From NCBI GenBank assembly GCA_034435515.1, contig DAOTXG010000013.1:1-35446 (forward strand): a stretch of DNA of 35,446 nucleotides, in the 5' to 3' direction. The notes below the pieces were generated by a model. That model saw only the letters and a list, made by a program, of their open reading frames with translations, was not told the DNA's origin and did not search any database. Source of the DNA: Anaerolineales bacterium (GTDB lineage: Bacteria > Chloroflexota > Anaerolineae > Anaerolineales > UBA6663). Shown here piece by piece: positions 23,239 through 32,069 of the stretch (its first letter is position 1; every line of letters starts with the position of its first letter). Both the position numbers and the translations under genes were made by a program.

Positions 23239-24366
23239 CTACACCAACAACTCCTTGTGCTTCGTCAAACAATCCATTAACCTGTCCACGTCTCCTTGAT
23301 TATTATAGAAGTGGGGCGAAATGCGCAAGTTGTCGTCGCGGCTGGAAGTTATAATTCCGTCAGATTCCAAACGCTTCACCAGCAGGTCAACTTTGTGCGA
23401 ACGCAGGGTGATCAGCGCGCCGTGCTTCTCCGGGTCAACCGGCGAGGCCAGGTTGAAGCCGCGCCGCATGGCGCCCTCCTTGATCGCCCCGGTCAACGCG
23501 CCGATCTCGGCCTGGATTTTCTCCAGCCCCACCGACTGGATCAGCTTCATCCCCGCGACCCCGGCGTACAGGCTGGGGACCGGCGGCGTGCCGGACTCGA
23601 AGCGGCGGGCGGTGGGCGAGGGCGTATTGGCGTAAATGTCCATCGCAAAAATATTGGCCTGCGAGAACCAGCCCATCGCCGTCGGCTGCAGGTCGGGCAC
23701 GAGGTCTCTGCGAATGTAAATGAACGCCAGCCCGGCCGAGGCCAGCAAATACTTGAGCACGCCGCCCGCCAGAAAATCCACTTTCAGCGCCTTCACGTCC
23801 ACCGGCAGCGTGCCAAGCGTCTGGTAGGCGTCCAGCAGCACCAGCGCGCCTTTGCGGTGCGCCATTTCCACAATCGCCGGCGCGTCGAGCCGCGAGCCGT
23901 TGCGGAAACAGACGTGCGTGATCGAAACCAGTTTCGTCCGCTCGTCAATCGCCTCCGCGAAGCGCTCCAGCGGGATGACGTGGCCCGCCGCCGGGACGTG
24001 AACCACCCGCGCCCCGCGCCGCTCCTGCGCGTGCCAGATTTGAGCGACAGTCGGGAACTCAAAATCGCTGACGACGACCTTGTTTCGCTCGCCGCCGAAA
24101 TCCAACGCGCTGGCGATGGCGCTCACCCCGGCCGAAACTGAGGTACAGTCGGCGACTTCATTCGGATCCGCGTTGACCAGCCCGGCAAAGGCGTGCCGCG
24201 CAATCTCGCTCCGCTCCACCCACAGTTCCCACGGCGAGCCTTTGTCGTCCCAATCCTGCATGTACTGAGCATAGGCTTTTTGGACTTCGACGGACAACGC
24301 GCCTTGCGAACAACTGTTGAAGTAAATTTTCTTTTCGAAAATGGGGAAGTGGTCGCGGAGGGACAC
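23239..24366 (-). CDS. class V aminotransferase / cysteine desulfurase-like PLP enzyme
   Basis: 375 aa. Pattern YFNSCSQGA..., ITHVCFRNGSRLD, DAYQTLG, GGVLKYLL (Lys region). Confidence 0.8.
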   Translation of the reverse strand: MSLRDHFPIFEKKIYFNSCSQGALSVEVQKAYAQYMQDWDDKGSPWELWVERSEIARHAFAGLVNADPNEVADCTSVSAGVSAIASALDFGGERNKVVVSDFEFPTVAQIWHAQERRGARVVHVPAAGHVIPLERFAEAIDERTKLVSITHVCFRNGSRLDAPAIVEMAHRKGALVLLDAYQTLGTLPVDVKALKVDFLAGGVLKYLLASAGLAFIYIRRDLVPDLQPTAMGWFSQANIFAMDIYANTPSPTARRFESGTPPVPSLYAGVAGMKLIQSVGLEKIQAEIGALTGAIKEGAMRRGFNLASPVDPEKHGALITLRSHKVDLLVKRLESDGIITSSRDDNLRISPHFYNNQGDVDRLMDCLTKHKELLV

Positions 24367-24450
24367 TGGATTACCTCAGATACGGCGGGAAAGTAGGCAC
24401 GCAATTATATGAAGGTTGACTCGTGTTATCTGTATCGCTCACGTTGACTC

Positions 24451-24693
24451 TCAATGAAAGCCGAAACACTTTCCGAAAAAAGAAGTGCGCTGCCCTAAAA
24501 ATGCTTTCGCACCTTCATTTCCTCTATACGCCAAAACACACAAGAGCGTTGTCCATATGGCGCGAGCTATTACTAAAAAGCTTAGCCGTGTTAAGAGAGC
24601 AACAATAAGAGTGATAGCCTCTAGCCCGAGAACAACTGCTACGATCGCTACCACAATCTTCCGTCCACGAGATGCTCCCTTAATCATCCTCAC
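24451..24693 (-). CDS. small hydrophobic protein (2-3 predicted TM segments), low G+C
   Basis: GTG start with GGAGAGG 4 nt upstream. Very hydrophobic (IVVAIVAVVLGLEAITLIVALL..., IWTTLLCVLAY). No recognisable family. Confidence 0.35.
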   Translation of the reverse strand: MRMIKGASRGRKIVVAIVAVVLGLEAITLIVALLTRLSFLVIARAIWTTLLCVLAYRGNEGAKAFLGQRTSFFGKCFGFH

Positions 24694-24756
24694 TCATCCT
24701 CTCCAAAGTATGCAGGGCTTTTCCATTTTCCCTTGACTGAAAATGCCTAATGTGGC

Positions 24757-24833
24757 GTGGGAGCGGATCCGCTTCGCGTCCGCGATAGGCCGCCTGATTT
24801 GCCATAAGGGTCGCGGTTACAAACCGCTCCCAC
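24757..24833. repeat. REP-like palindromic element, copy 3
   Basis: GTGGGAGCGG (24757-24766) ... GTCGCGGTTACAAACCGCTCCCAC (ends 24833). Confidence 0.6.
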
Positions 24834-24880
24834 GACTTTGGAAAAGCCCTGCCAAAGTATGCTTCTCCGCTTCCCGGCCT

Positions 24881-25600
24881 TTATCTGCCGAGATATGCTT
24901 TTCTCATAAGTTCGTTATTCAACAAATTTTCAGCTTTGTCGGCCAATACGACCCGCCCCGTCTGCAGCACGTACCCCCGGTGGGCGATGGAGAGCGCCAT
25001 GGCGGCGTTCTGCTCGACGACGAAGACCGTCACGCCCTGCTGGTTGATCTGCTGGATGATCTCAAAGTTCTGCTCGACCAGGAGGGGGGCCAGCCCCATC
25101 GAGGGTTCGTCCATCAGCAGGAGTTTGGGGCGGGCCATGAGGGCGCGGCCCATCGCCAGCATTTGCTGTTCGCCGCCGCTGAGCGTGCCGCCCGCCTGGT
25201 TGAGCCGCTGCTTCAGGCGCGGGAAGAGCGCCAGCACTCTGTCCAGGTCTTCGCGGATGCCCGCTGTGTCGCGCCGCAGGTAGGCGCCCATTTGCAGGTT
25301 CTCCAGCACGCTCATCGCGCCGAAGATGCGGCGGTTCTCCGGCACCACCGCCATGCCGCGCTCGACCCGATAAGAAGTCGGCCTGTCCTGCACCGCCTCG
25401 CCGCGGAACTCCACCACGCCGCTCGCCGGCTTCACGATGCCGAGAATCGTCTTGAGCGTCGTGGACTTGCCCGAGGCGTTGCCGCCGAGCAGGCAGACAA
25501 TCTCGCCCTGGTAAATCTCAAGGCTCACCTCTTGCAGGATGTGAATCGGGCCGTAGAAGGTGTTGATCTGCTTGAGACGGAGGAGCGGTGATTGATCCAT
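24881..25600 (-). CDS. livF: branched-chain amino acid ABC transporter ATP-binding protein LivF
   Basis: Walker A GGNASGKST, signature LSGGEQQML, Walker B LLLMDEPS. Confidence 0.9.
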   Translation of the reverse strand: MDQSPLLRLKQINTFYGPIHILQEVSLEIYQGEIVCLLGGNASGKSTTLKTILGIVKPASGVVEFRGEAVQDRPTSYRVERGMAVVPENRRIFGAMSVLENLQMGAYLRRDTAGIREDLDRVLALFPRLKQRLNQAGGTLSGGEQQMLAMGRALMARPKLLLMDEPSMGLAPLLVEQNFEIIQQINQQGVTVFVVEQNAAMALSIAHRGYVLQTGRVVLADKAENLLNNELMRKAYLGR

Positions 25601-25617
25601 GGTCTCTGACGGGGCTT

Positions 25618-25650
25618 AGACCGGACGGGTCTGGGAGACCCGTCCGGTCT
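25618..25650. repeat. perfect 15-bp hairpin between livG and livF
   Basis: AGACCGGACGGGTCT-ggg-AGACCCGTCCGGTCT. Confidence 0.75.
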
Positions 25651-25673
25651 GAGGCCGCTTCTTGGTCCCCGGC

Positions 25674-26459
25674 TCATTTCGTCATTGCGCCTTTGCGTCC
25701 CAGATACGCTTCGATCACGCGTTCGTTCGTCGCCACGTCGTGATACGCCCCTTCGGCAATCTTCTCGCCGTAGTCGAGCGCGATGACCCGGTCGGAGATG
25801 CCCTCGACCACCTTCATGTCGTGCTCGATGACGAGGATGGTGTAGCCGCCTTTCGAGCGCAGTTCGCCGATGAGTTCGGCCATTTCGTGCGTCTCGCTGG
25901 GGTTCATCCCCGCCGCCGGTTCGTCGAGCAGGAGCAGTTTCGGCTCAGTCGCCATGGCGCGGGCGATTTCGAGGCGGCGGCGGTTGGCGTACGAGAGGCT
26001 GTAAGCCGGTTGGTCCAGGCGGTAGCCCTTGAGTCGTTCGCCGAAGAAGGCCAGTTTTCCCTCGGCCAGCGCGCGGATGCGGGCTTCTTCTTTGCGGAAA
26101 CCCGGCGTGCGGAAGACGATTTGCGCGAGGTTGGCGCGGGTGTGCGGGTACGCGGCGGCCATCACGTTTTCCAGGACGCTCATGTTCAGGAACAACCGCA
26201 GGGTCTGGAAGGTGCGGGCGACGCCGCGCCGGGTGATTTGGTGCGGCGGCAGGCCGACGAGGCTGGCGTCCTCGAAACGGATGTCGCCCCGGTCGGGGGT
26301 GTAGAGGCCGGTGACGAGATTGAACACCGTCGTCTTGCCCGCGCCGTTGGGGCCGATGAGGCTGACAACTTCGCCTGCGTTGACTTCCAACGATAAATTG
26401 CTGACCACCTCCAGGCCGCCGAAGTGTTTGTGGACGTTGACGAGTTCGAGCAGAAGCAT
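25674..26459 (-). CDS. livG: branched-chain amino acid ABC transporter ATP-binding protein LivG
   Basis: Walker A GPNGAGKTT, signature LSYANRRRLEIA, Walker B LLLLDEPAAG. Confidence 0.9.
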   Translation of the reverse strand: MLLLELVNVHKHFGGLEVVSNLSLEVNAGEVVSLIGPNGAGKTTVFNLVTGLYTPDRGDIRFEDASLVGLPPHQITRRGVARTFQTLRLFLNMSVLENVMAAAYPHTRANLAQIVFRTPGFRKEEARIRALAEGKLAFFGERLKGYRLDQPAYSLSYANRRRLEIARAMATEPKLLLLDEPAAGMNPSETHEMAELIGELRSKGGYTILVIEHDMKVVEGISDRVIALDYGEKIAEGAYHDVATNERVIEAYLGRKGAMTK

Positions 26460-27892
26460 TACACGATCTCCACCCGGCGCTGGCCGAGCAGGCCGTGCGG
26501 CCGGTAGGTCATCAGCACGACCAGCAGTGCGCCGAGGAGCAGCAGGCGGGTGATGCTCGGCTCAAGCGCGAGGCGCGTCTCCCAGGTAAAGGCCAGCAGG
26601 TACAGCGTGGGGATCAGCGCGGCCACGCGGGCCGCCGGGTTGCGCGTGCGGGCCACGAACAACAGCAAGAGGACGACCACGCCAAAAACCAAATTCCCGA
26701 TCAGGGCGGCGTCAGGCGGAATAATTAACCAGCCTTGAATTGCCTGCCCGAGGGGTGAGGGCGAGGGTTGGGGCGTGGCCACCAGCGCGGGCCAAAAGTT
26801 GTTCGCGGCGAGTTTGAGCAGCCAGCCGCCGCCCACGGCGCCGACCAGCGCGACGGCGAGATGCCGCCACGGGCGCAGCAGGGTGGCGAGTACGAACAAT
26901 CCGCCGAGATAAAAAAGGTAGCGCGAGAGTTCGACTTCGCGCAGCATTTCGGGTCCAACGGCGAGGACGAACGCGCCGACGAGGACGCCGGGCAGACTGC
27001 CGAGGCCGCCGAGGATGACCATCGCGTAGAGCAGGATCAGGAGCGTCACGTCGAAGTTGCTGGGGAAGACGTTGCCCTGCCAGGCGGCGAACAAGGCGCC
27101 GGACAATCCGGCGATGGCCGCGCCTAACGCGAAGGCCAGCAGTTTGAGCCGTTGGGTCGGCATCCCCATCGCTTCGGCGGCCAGCGGGTCCTCGCGCATC
27201 GCCCGCCACGCGCGCCCGACGCGCGACTGGTTCAAGTGAGCAATGCCGACGAGCGTGAGCGCGAGCACGAACAGGAGAAGATAATAGTTATGCGTGACGG
27301 TCTCGAACGCAAAGCCGAAGACGCGAATCGGGTCAATGTTGACGACGCCGTTCGGCCCGCCCGTGAGGTTGAGCGGCCTGTCGCTCCACGGGACTGGCAC
27401 ACGGTCGAAACTCGTCGCCAGCTGGACGAAGATTTGCCCAAAGCCGAGGGTGACGATGGCGAGATAGTCGCCGACCAGCCGGAGCGAGGGCGAGCCGAGC
27501 AACAGGCCTAACAGCAGGGAGAGGCCGACGACGAACAGCAGGCTGGCCCACGTCGGCCAGTGGTTGTCGAACTGCGGCGAGGACAGCAGCGCGTAAGCAT
27601 ACGCGCCCATGCCGTAAAACGCGACGTAGCCCAGGTCGAGCAAACCGGCGTAGCCGACGACGACGTTGAGGCCGAGCGCCAGCGCGCCGTAAAGGAGGAA
27701 GTTGCCGCCGACGCGGATGAAGTAATCACTGCGGGTGATTTGAGGGAGGGCGGCGGCCAGGATAAGGAATAATAAGAACCGCGCCCAGGGGGGCACGCGC
27801 TCCCATTGCTCGGCGACGCGCCCCCACGCGCCCGCCCGCTTGCGCCGCGCTTCAACCTGCGCGACCCATTCGTCGCGTCCGAATTTCTCCAT
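26459..27892 (-). CDS. livM: branched-chain amino acid ABC transporter permease LivM
   Basis: The ATG at 27892 overlaps the livH stop (TGATG). The stop overlaps the livG start (TAATG). Multi-TM protein. Confidence 0.85.
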   Translation of the reverse strand: MEKFGRDEWVAQVEARRKRAGAWGRVAEQWERVPPWARFLLFLILAAALPQITRSDYFIRVGGNFLLYGALALGLNVVVGYAGLLDLGYVAFYGMGAYAYALLSSPQFDNHWPTWASLLFVVGLSLLLGLLLGSPSLRLVGDYLAIVTLGFGQIFVQLATSFDRVPVPWSDRPLNLTGGPNGVVNIDPIRVFGFAFETVTHNYYLLLFVLALTLVGIAHLNQSRVGRAWRAMREDPLAAEAMGMPTQRLKLLAFALGAAIAGLSGALFAAWQGNVFPSNFDVTLLILLYAMVILGGLGSLPGVLVGAFVLAVGPEMLREVELSRYLFYLGGLFVLATLLRPWRHLAVALVGAVGGGWLLKLAANNFWPALVATPQPSPSPLGQAIQGWLIIPPDAALIGNLVFGVVVLLLLFVARTRNPAARVAALIPTLYLLAFTWETRLALEPSITRLLLLGALLVVLMTYRPHGLLGQRRVEIV

Positions 27893-28821
27893 CACACCTT
27901 TTGCTGGATCTTCACTCCCGCAATCCCGCCCGGCCTGACCAGCAGGACGACGACGAGCACGATAAAGGCAATCACGTCTTTATAGGTTGAAGAGATGTAG
28001 CCGGTCGCAAAGGCTTCGACCAAGCCCAACAGAAAGCCGCCCAGCATCGCGCCTGGGAGGCTGCCGATGCCGCCGACGACGGCGGCGGTGAAACCCTTCA
28101 GCCCGGCGTTGAAACCCATGAAGTGCCAGATGCGCGTGAAGACGACGCCAGTGAGCACGCCGGCCGCGCCCGCGAGCGCGGAGCCGATGAAGAACGTGGC
28201 GACGATGACTCGATCCACATCCACGCCGGTCATCGCCGCGGCTTCGCGGTCGAGCGCGACCGCGCGCATCGCCCGGCCCAACCGGGTGCGTCGAACCAGA
28301 TACGTGAGAGCCGCCATCAACAGCACGGCGACCACAATCACGAGCAGGCGCACCGCCGACAGCCGGGCCGAGCCGATGTCCCAGCCAATCACGGCGGGGA
28401 TGAGCGCCTCGGTGCGATAGGCGCGGAATTTCGCGCCGAGCGTCAGTTGGACGGCGTTCTGGAGGAAGAACGACACGCCCAGCGCGCTGATGAGCGCGGC
28501 CAGCCGGGGTGAGTTCCGAAGCGGGCGGTAGGCAAACCACTCGATGCCCACGCCCAAAACTCCGCAGCCGAGCATCGCCGTAATCATCATCAGCAGGATG
28601 ATCAGCCAGGCGGGCGCCAGGGGCCCGGCCTGCGGCAAGAGCGCGGTCATCACGCCAAAGCCGACGAACGCGCCCACCATGTACACGTCGCCATGCGCGA
28701 AGTTGAGCAATTGCAGAATGCCGTACACCATCGAATAGCCCAATGCAATCAGCGCATACACCGCGCCGAGCGTCAGGCCGTTGACGAGCTGCTGAGGCAG
28801 TTGGGTAAAGAAAAGCTCCAT
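27892..28821 (-). CDS. livH: branched-chain amino acid ABC transporter permease LivH
   Basis: Trimmed to the ATG at 28821 (MELFFTQLPQQLVNGLTLGAVYALIALGYSMVYG...). The upstream part of the track ORF runs through a hairpin element. Confidence 0.85.
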   Translation of the reverse strand: MELFFTQLPQQLVNGLTLGAVYALIALGYSMVYGILQLLNFAHGDVYMVGAFVGFGVMTALLPQAGPLAPAWLIILLMMITAMLGCGVLGVGIEWFAYRPLRNSPRLAALISALGVSFFLQNAVQLTLGAKFRAYRTEALIPAVIGWDIGSARLSAVRLLVIVVAVLLMAALTYLVRRTRLGRAMRAVALDREAAAMTGVDVDRVIVATFFIGSALAGAAGVLTGVVFTRIWHFMGFNAGLKGFTAAVVGGIGSLPGAMLGGFLLGLVEAFATGYISSTYKDVIAFIVLVVVLLVRPGGIAGVKIQQKV

Positions 28822-28861
28822 GACGTCAACGGAGGCGACGGCGGATAAACGGATAGGCCGG

Positions 28862-28920
28862 TTCTGCCGCAACGTGCGACGCACTTTAGAAGTGCGTCGC
28901 ACGTAAGCCACAGGGCAGAA
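28862..28920. repeat. perfect 14-bp hairpin with outer 7-bp stem between the SBP gene and livH
   Basis: CGTGCGACGCACTT-tag-AAGTGCGTCGCACG (28873-28903), flanked by TTCTGCC / GGCAGAA. Confidence 0.7.
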
Positions 28921-28936
28921 TTTATTAGCCAGAGCA

Positions 28937-31183
28937 CTAGGGGGTGACCGTCACAAACTGGCCGTTCTGCACCTGGAAAGTGAAGAACTGCGCCCCCAGC
29001 ACGTCGCCGTTCGCGTCAAAAGCGATCGGCGAGCCGAGGATGCTTTTGTCAATCTTTGTCTTGACTACTTCGGCGAGCACGCCCTCGCGGGTCAGGTTCC
29101 CGGCCTGGGCCGCGCGCTCAATCGCCTCGATGAGCGCCTGAGCCGCCACGTAGGTCGGCGGGCCGAAGGCGCCGAAGTCGCCATACTGCTCCTGATAAGC
29201 CTGGGCCACTTCGGCGGCCCCGGGAATCCCGTGAATGTCGGGGGCGAAATTGGTCACGTACGAGCCTTCGTTCGCGCCGTTGGCGACCAGGTCGGGCGAG
29301 TTAAAGCCGTCGCCGCCGACCAGCGTGGCCGCCACGCCCTGCTCTTTCATCTGCGACCAAAGCTGCGCGCCCTGCGAGGCGATCTGGCCGGGGAAGAAGA
29401 TCACGTCGGCCTTCGCCGCCTTGATCTTCGTCACCAGCGCCGAGAAGTCGGTGTCGTCTTGCGTCACCGATTCGCGCGCGACTTTGACGCCGGCGTCCTT
29501 GATCGCCTGCTCGACGATGTCGGCGAGGCTGACGGAGTACGAGGACTGGTCGTCAATGATGTACACCGAAGTCGCGTTCAGTTTCGTCAGGATGAGGTTC
29601 GCGTCGGTCGGCCCTTGCACACCGTCGTGCGGCACCACACGGAAAAAGGTCTTGTAACCCGAAGTGGTGAGCGTGGGCCGCGTAGCGGAGGGCGAGACGT
29701 GGGCGAGGCCAGCGCCCTCGAAGAGCTCCGCCGAGGCTTCGACCTCCTGGCTGCCCGACGGGCCGACGACCGCAAGGATTTCGCCGTCGTCCACGAGTTT
29801 CTGGGCGACGGTGGTCGCAATCGCCGGGTCAAGTTGAGTATCTTCCTCGATGAGCTGGATCGGGATGCCGCCGGCGAGATTGTGCAGGGCCACTGCGAGG
29901 CGGGCAAAATTCAACTGCTCGACGCCGATAGTCGCCGCCGGGCCGGTGAATGGGCCCATGATCGCGATCTTGATCGCCTTGGGCGGAGCAACCAGTTCGG
30001 TCGTCTGCGTGACGAGCGTAAACTTGCCGTTCTGCACCTGAAAGACGTAGAACTGCGCGCCCTTCACGTCGCCGTTGGCGTCGAATTCCAGCGGCGTGCC
30101 CAGGATGGTCTTAGCGATCTTGACCTTCGCCACCTCGGCCAACACGGCTTCGCGAGTGAGAGTCCCGGCCTTCATCGCGTTCGTCACGGCTTCGAGCACG
30201 ACTTGGGCGGCCACGTAAGTCGGCGGGCCGAACGAGCCGAAGTCGCCGTATTGCGCCCGGTAGCCCTCAATCACGTTGGCGGCTTCGGGCACGCCGTTGA
30301 TGTCCGGCGCGAAGTTCGAGACGAAGGAGCCTTCGTTCGCGCCGTCGGCGATCAGGTCAGGCGAGTTGAAGCCGTCGCCGCCCATGAGGATGGCCGGGAC
30401 GCCCTGCTCGCGCATCTGCTTCCACAGTTGCGCGCCCTGGGAGGCGATCTGGCCGGGGAAGAAGACCACCTCAACGTTGGCCGCTTTGATCTTCGTCACC
30501 AGCGCCGAGAAGTCCGTATCATCCTGCGTGACCGACTCGCGGGCGGTGGTCACGTTCATCCCGCCCAGCACGTTGGCGACCTCGTCGGCGAGGCTGGTCG
30601 AGTACGACGACTGATCGTCAATGACGAACACCGACTTGGCCTTGAGCGTGTCGGCGATGAAGTGCGCGTCGGTCGGGCCTTGCACCGAGTCGTTGGGCAC
30701 CGCGCGGAAGAAGGTCTTGTAGCCCGAAGCCGTGAGCGAGGGCCGCGTGGCCGAGGGCGAGACGTGCACGAGTTTGGCCCCCTCGAATAGTTCAGCCGAG
30801 GCTTCCACTTCCTGGCTGCCCGAGGGGCCGATCACCGCGTAGACATCCGGGTCGCCCACAAGTTTCTGAGCGACGGTGGTCGCAATCGCCGGGTCGAGTT
30901 GAGTGTCTTCTTCCAGCAGTTCGATCTGCGTCCCCATCTGCTTATTGAAGTCGGCCACTGCCAGGCGGGCGAAGTTGAGTTGCTCGACGCCGATGGTGGC
31001 CGCCGGGCCGGTGAACGGCCCCATGATGGCGATTTTTGCCTTCACCGCCGTCACCTCGGTTGGCTTTTCGGTTGGGGCCGCAGTGGGGGCTGCCGTCGTC
31101 GCCGCGCCGCCGCAGGCCGACAGCACGAGCGCTGCGCTGACGACGATGCCGATCAGCGCTGTGAATTTGTTCGGGCGTTTCAT
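28937..31183 (-). CDS. tandem double LivK-type (type I periplasmic binding fold) substrate-binding lipoprotein
   Basis: ATG at 31183 with AAGGAGGAG SD. Lipobox LVLSACGG. Two complete SBP modules, each starting KIAIMGPFTGPAATIGVEQLNFARLAVA. Confidence 0.85.
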   Translation of the reverse strand: MKRPNKFTALIGIVVSAALVLSACGGAATTAAPTAAPTEKPTEVTAVKAKIAIMGPFTGPAATIGVEQLNFARLAVADFNKQMGTQIELLEEDTQLDPAIATTVAQKLVGDPDVYAVIGPSGSQEVEASAELFEGAKLVHVSPSATRPSLTASGYKTFFRAVPNDSVQGPTDAHFIADTLKAKSVFVIDDQSSYSTSLADEVANVLGGMNVTTARESVTQDDTDFSALVTKIKAANVEVVFFPGQIASQGAQLWKQMREQGVPAILMGGDGFNSPDLIADGANEGSFVSNFAPDINGVPEAANVIEGYRAQYGDFGSFGPPTYVAAQVVLEAVTNAMKAGTLTREAVLAEVAKVKIAKTILGTPLEFDANGDVKGAQFYVFQVQNGKFTLVTQTTELVAPPKAIKIAIMGPFTGPAATIGVEQLNFARLAVALHNLAGGIPIQLIEEDTQLDPAIATTVAQKLVDDGEILAVVGPSGSQEVEASAELFEGAGLAHVSPSATRPTLTTSGYKTFFRVVPHDGVQGPTDANLILTKLNATSVYIIDDQSSYSVSLADIVEQAIKDAGVKVARESVTQDDTDFSALVTKIKAAKADVIFFPGQIASQGAQLWSQMKEQGVAATLVGGDGFNSPDLVANGANEGSYVTNFAPDIHGIPGAAEVAQAYQEQYGDFGAFGPPTYVAAQALIEAIERAAQAGNLTREGVLAEVVKTKIDKSILGSPIAFDANGDVLGAQFFTFQVQNGQFVTVTP

Positions 31184-31385
31184 GCGGGTACTCCTCCTTG
31201 GCATATTCTCCAAAAGTTGTGGCTGAAGAAGAGTTGGGTCAATTGGATGCGCCTGATAGCCTCACCTCCTTAGAGCAAATGCTCCCCAACCGTGTCCTCG
31301 CAGTTGGGCGCGCCAACGCTTCGCGCAAATTCGCGTCATTCGCGGCGAAAACTTCATGACTGTAACGACTGACGCGAAGCGGTTA

Positions 31386-31874
31386 CTACGTGGCGGGAAC
31401 CGCCTCGGGCGACAGCTCGGCCTCGCTTTTCTGATCCGCTGGGCGATATTGGGAAGGATAATTGACGATCTTGTCCCACTCGTCGGCGGTGGAGCGAGCC
31501 ACGAAGGCGACCAGCGGCTCGTCGCCGATGTTGAAGACCTCGTGCGGCACGCCCGGCTCGATGTAGATGAAGTCGCCGGCCTCGTTGACGATCGAGTATT
31601 TCAGGCCCTCGCCGAAGTCGTGGCGGACTTTGCCCTGGACGATGTAGAGCATCACCTCGAAGCCATCGTGGATGTGGGCGTAGGCGATGGCCCCCGGCGG
31701 CACGGTGGCGACGTTGATGGACAGGTCCTTCGACCCCACGTTGCGCGCCGACAGGCCCTGCTGATACTCGATGCCGTTCCAGCCGCGCCGGAAGTCCTTC
31801 CCCCCGCCCCGCAGCACCTTGATGCCCTCGTGGGCCTCGACCAGTTCGGGCTTGACCGAATCGTCTTGCTTCAT
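31386..31874 (-). CDS. cupin domain protein
   Basis: AAGGAGA SD. The cupin motifs are in ...AYAHIHDGFEVMLYIVQG... and ...GDFIYIEPGVPHEVFN. Confidence 0.75.
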   Translation of the reverse strand: MKQDDSVKPELVEAHEGIKVLRGGGKDFRRGWNGIEYQQGLSARNVGSKDLSINVATVPPGAIAYAHIHDGFEVMLYIVQGKVRHDFGEGLKYSIVNEAGDFIYIEPGVPHEVFNIGDEPLVAFVARSTADEWDKIVNYPSQYRPADQKSEAELSPEAVPAT

Positions 31875-31936
31875 GATACTGTTCTCCTTATCAGATTCCT
31901 ACGATCTTAAGTAACTGTTCAGACCAACGTTCTTTC

Positions 31937-32028
31937 GAACGCTGATCACGCTGATCAGGCTGATTTTCGCTGAGTTTAAATAAAGAAGATCAGCGCCATC
32001 AGCGTATTTTTCAGCGGAATCAGCGTTC
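31937..32028. repeat. palindromic block built from 9-10 bp periodic GCTGAT units
   Basis: gaacGCTGATcacGCTGATcagGCTGATtttcGCTGAg ... agATCAGCgccATCAGCgtatttttCAGCggaATCAGCgttc. The outer 10 bp are perfectly complementary. Confidence 0.65.
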
Positions 32029-32069
32029 CCCACCGCTGGGCTGTAGCAGTTACAATCGTGAACTGCTTC

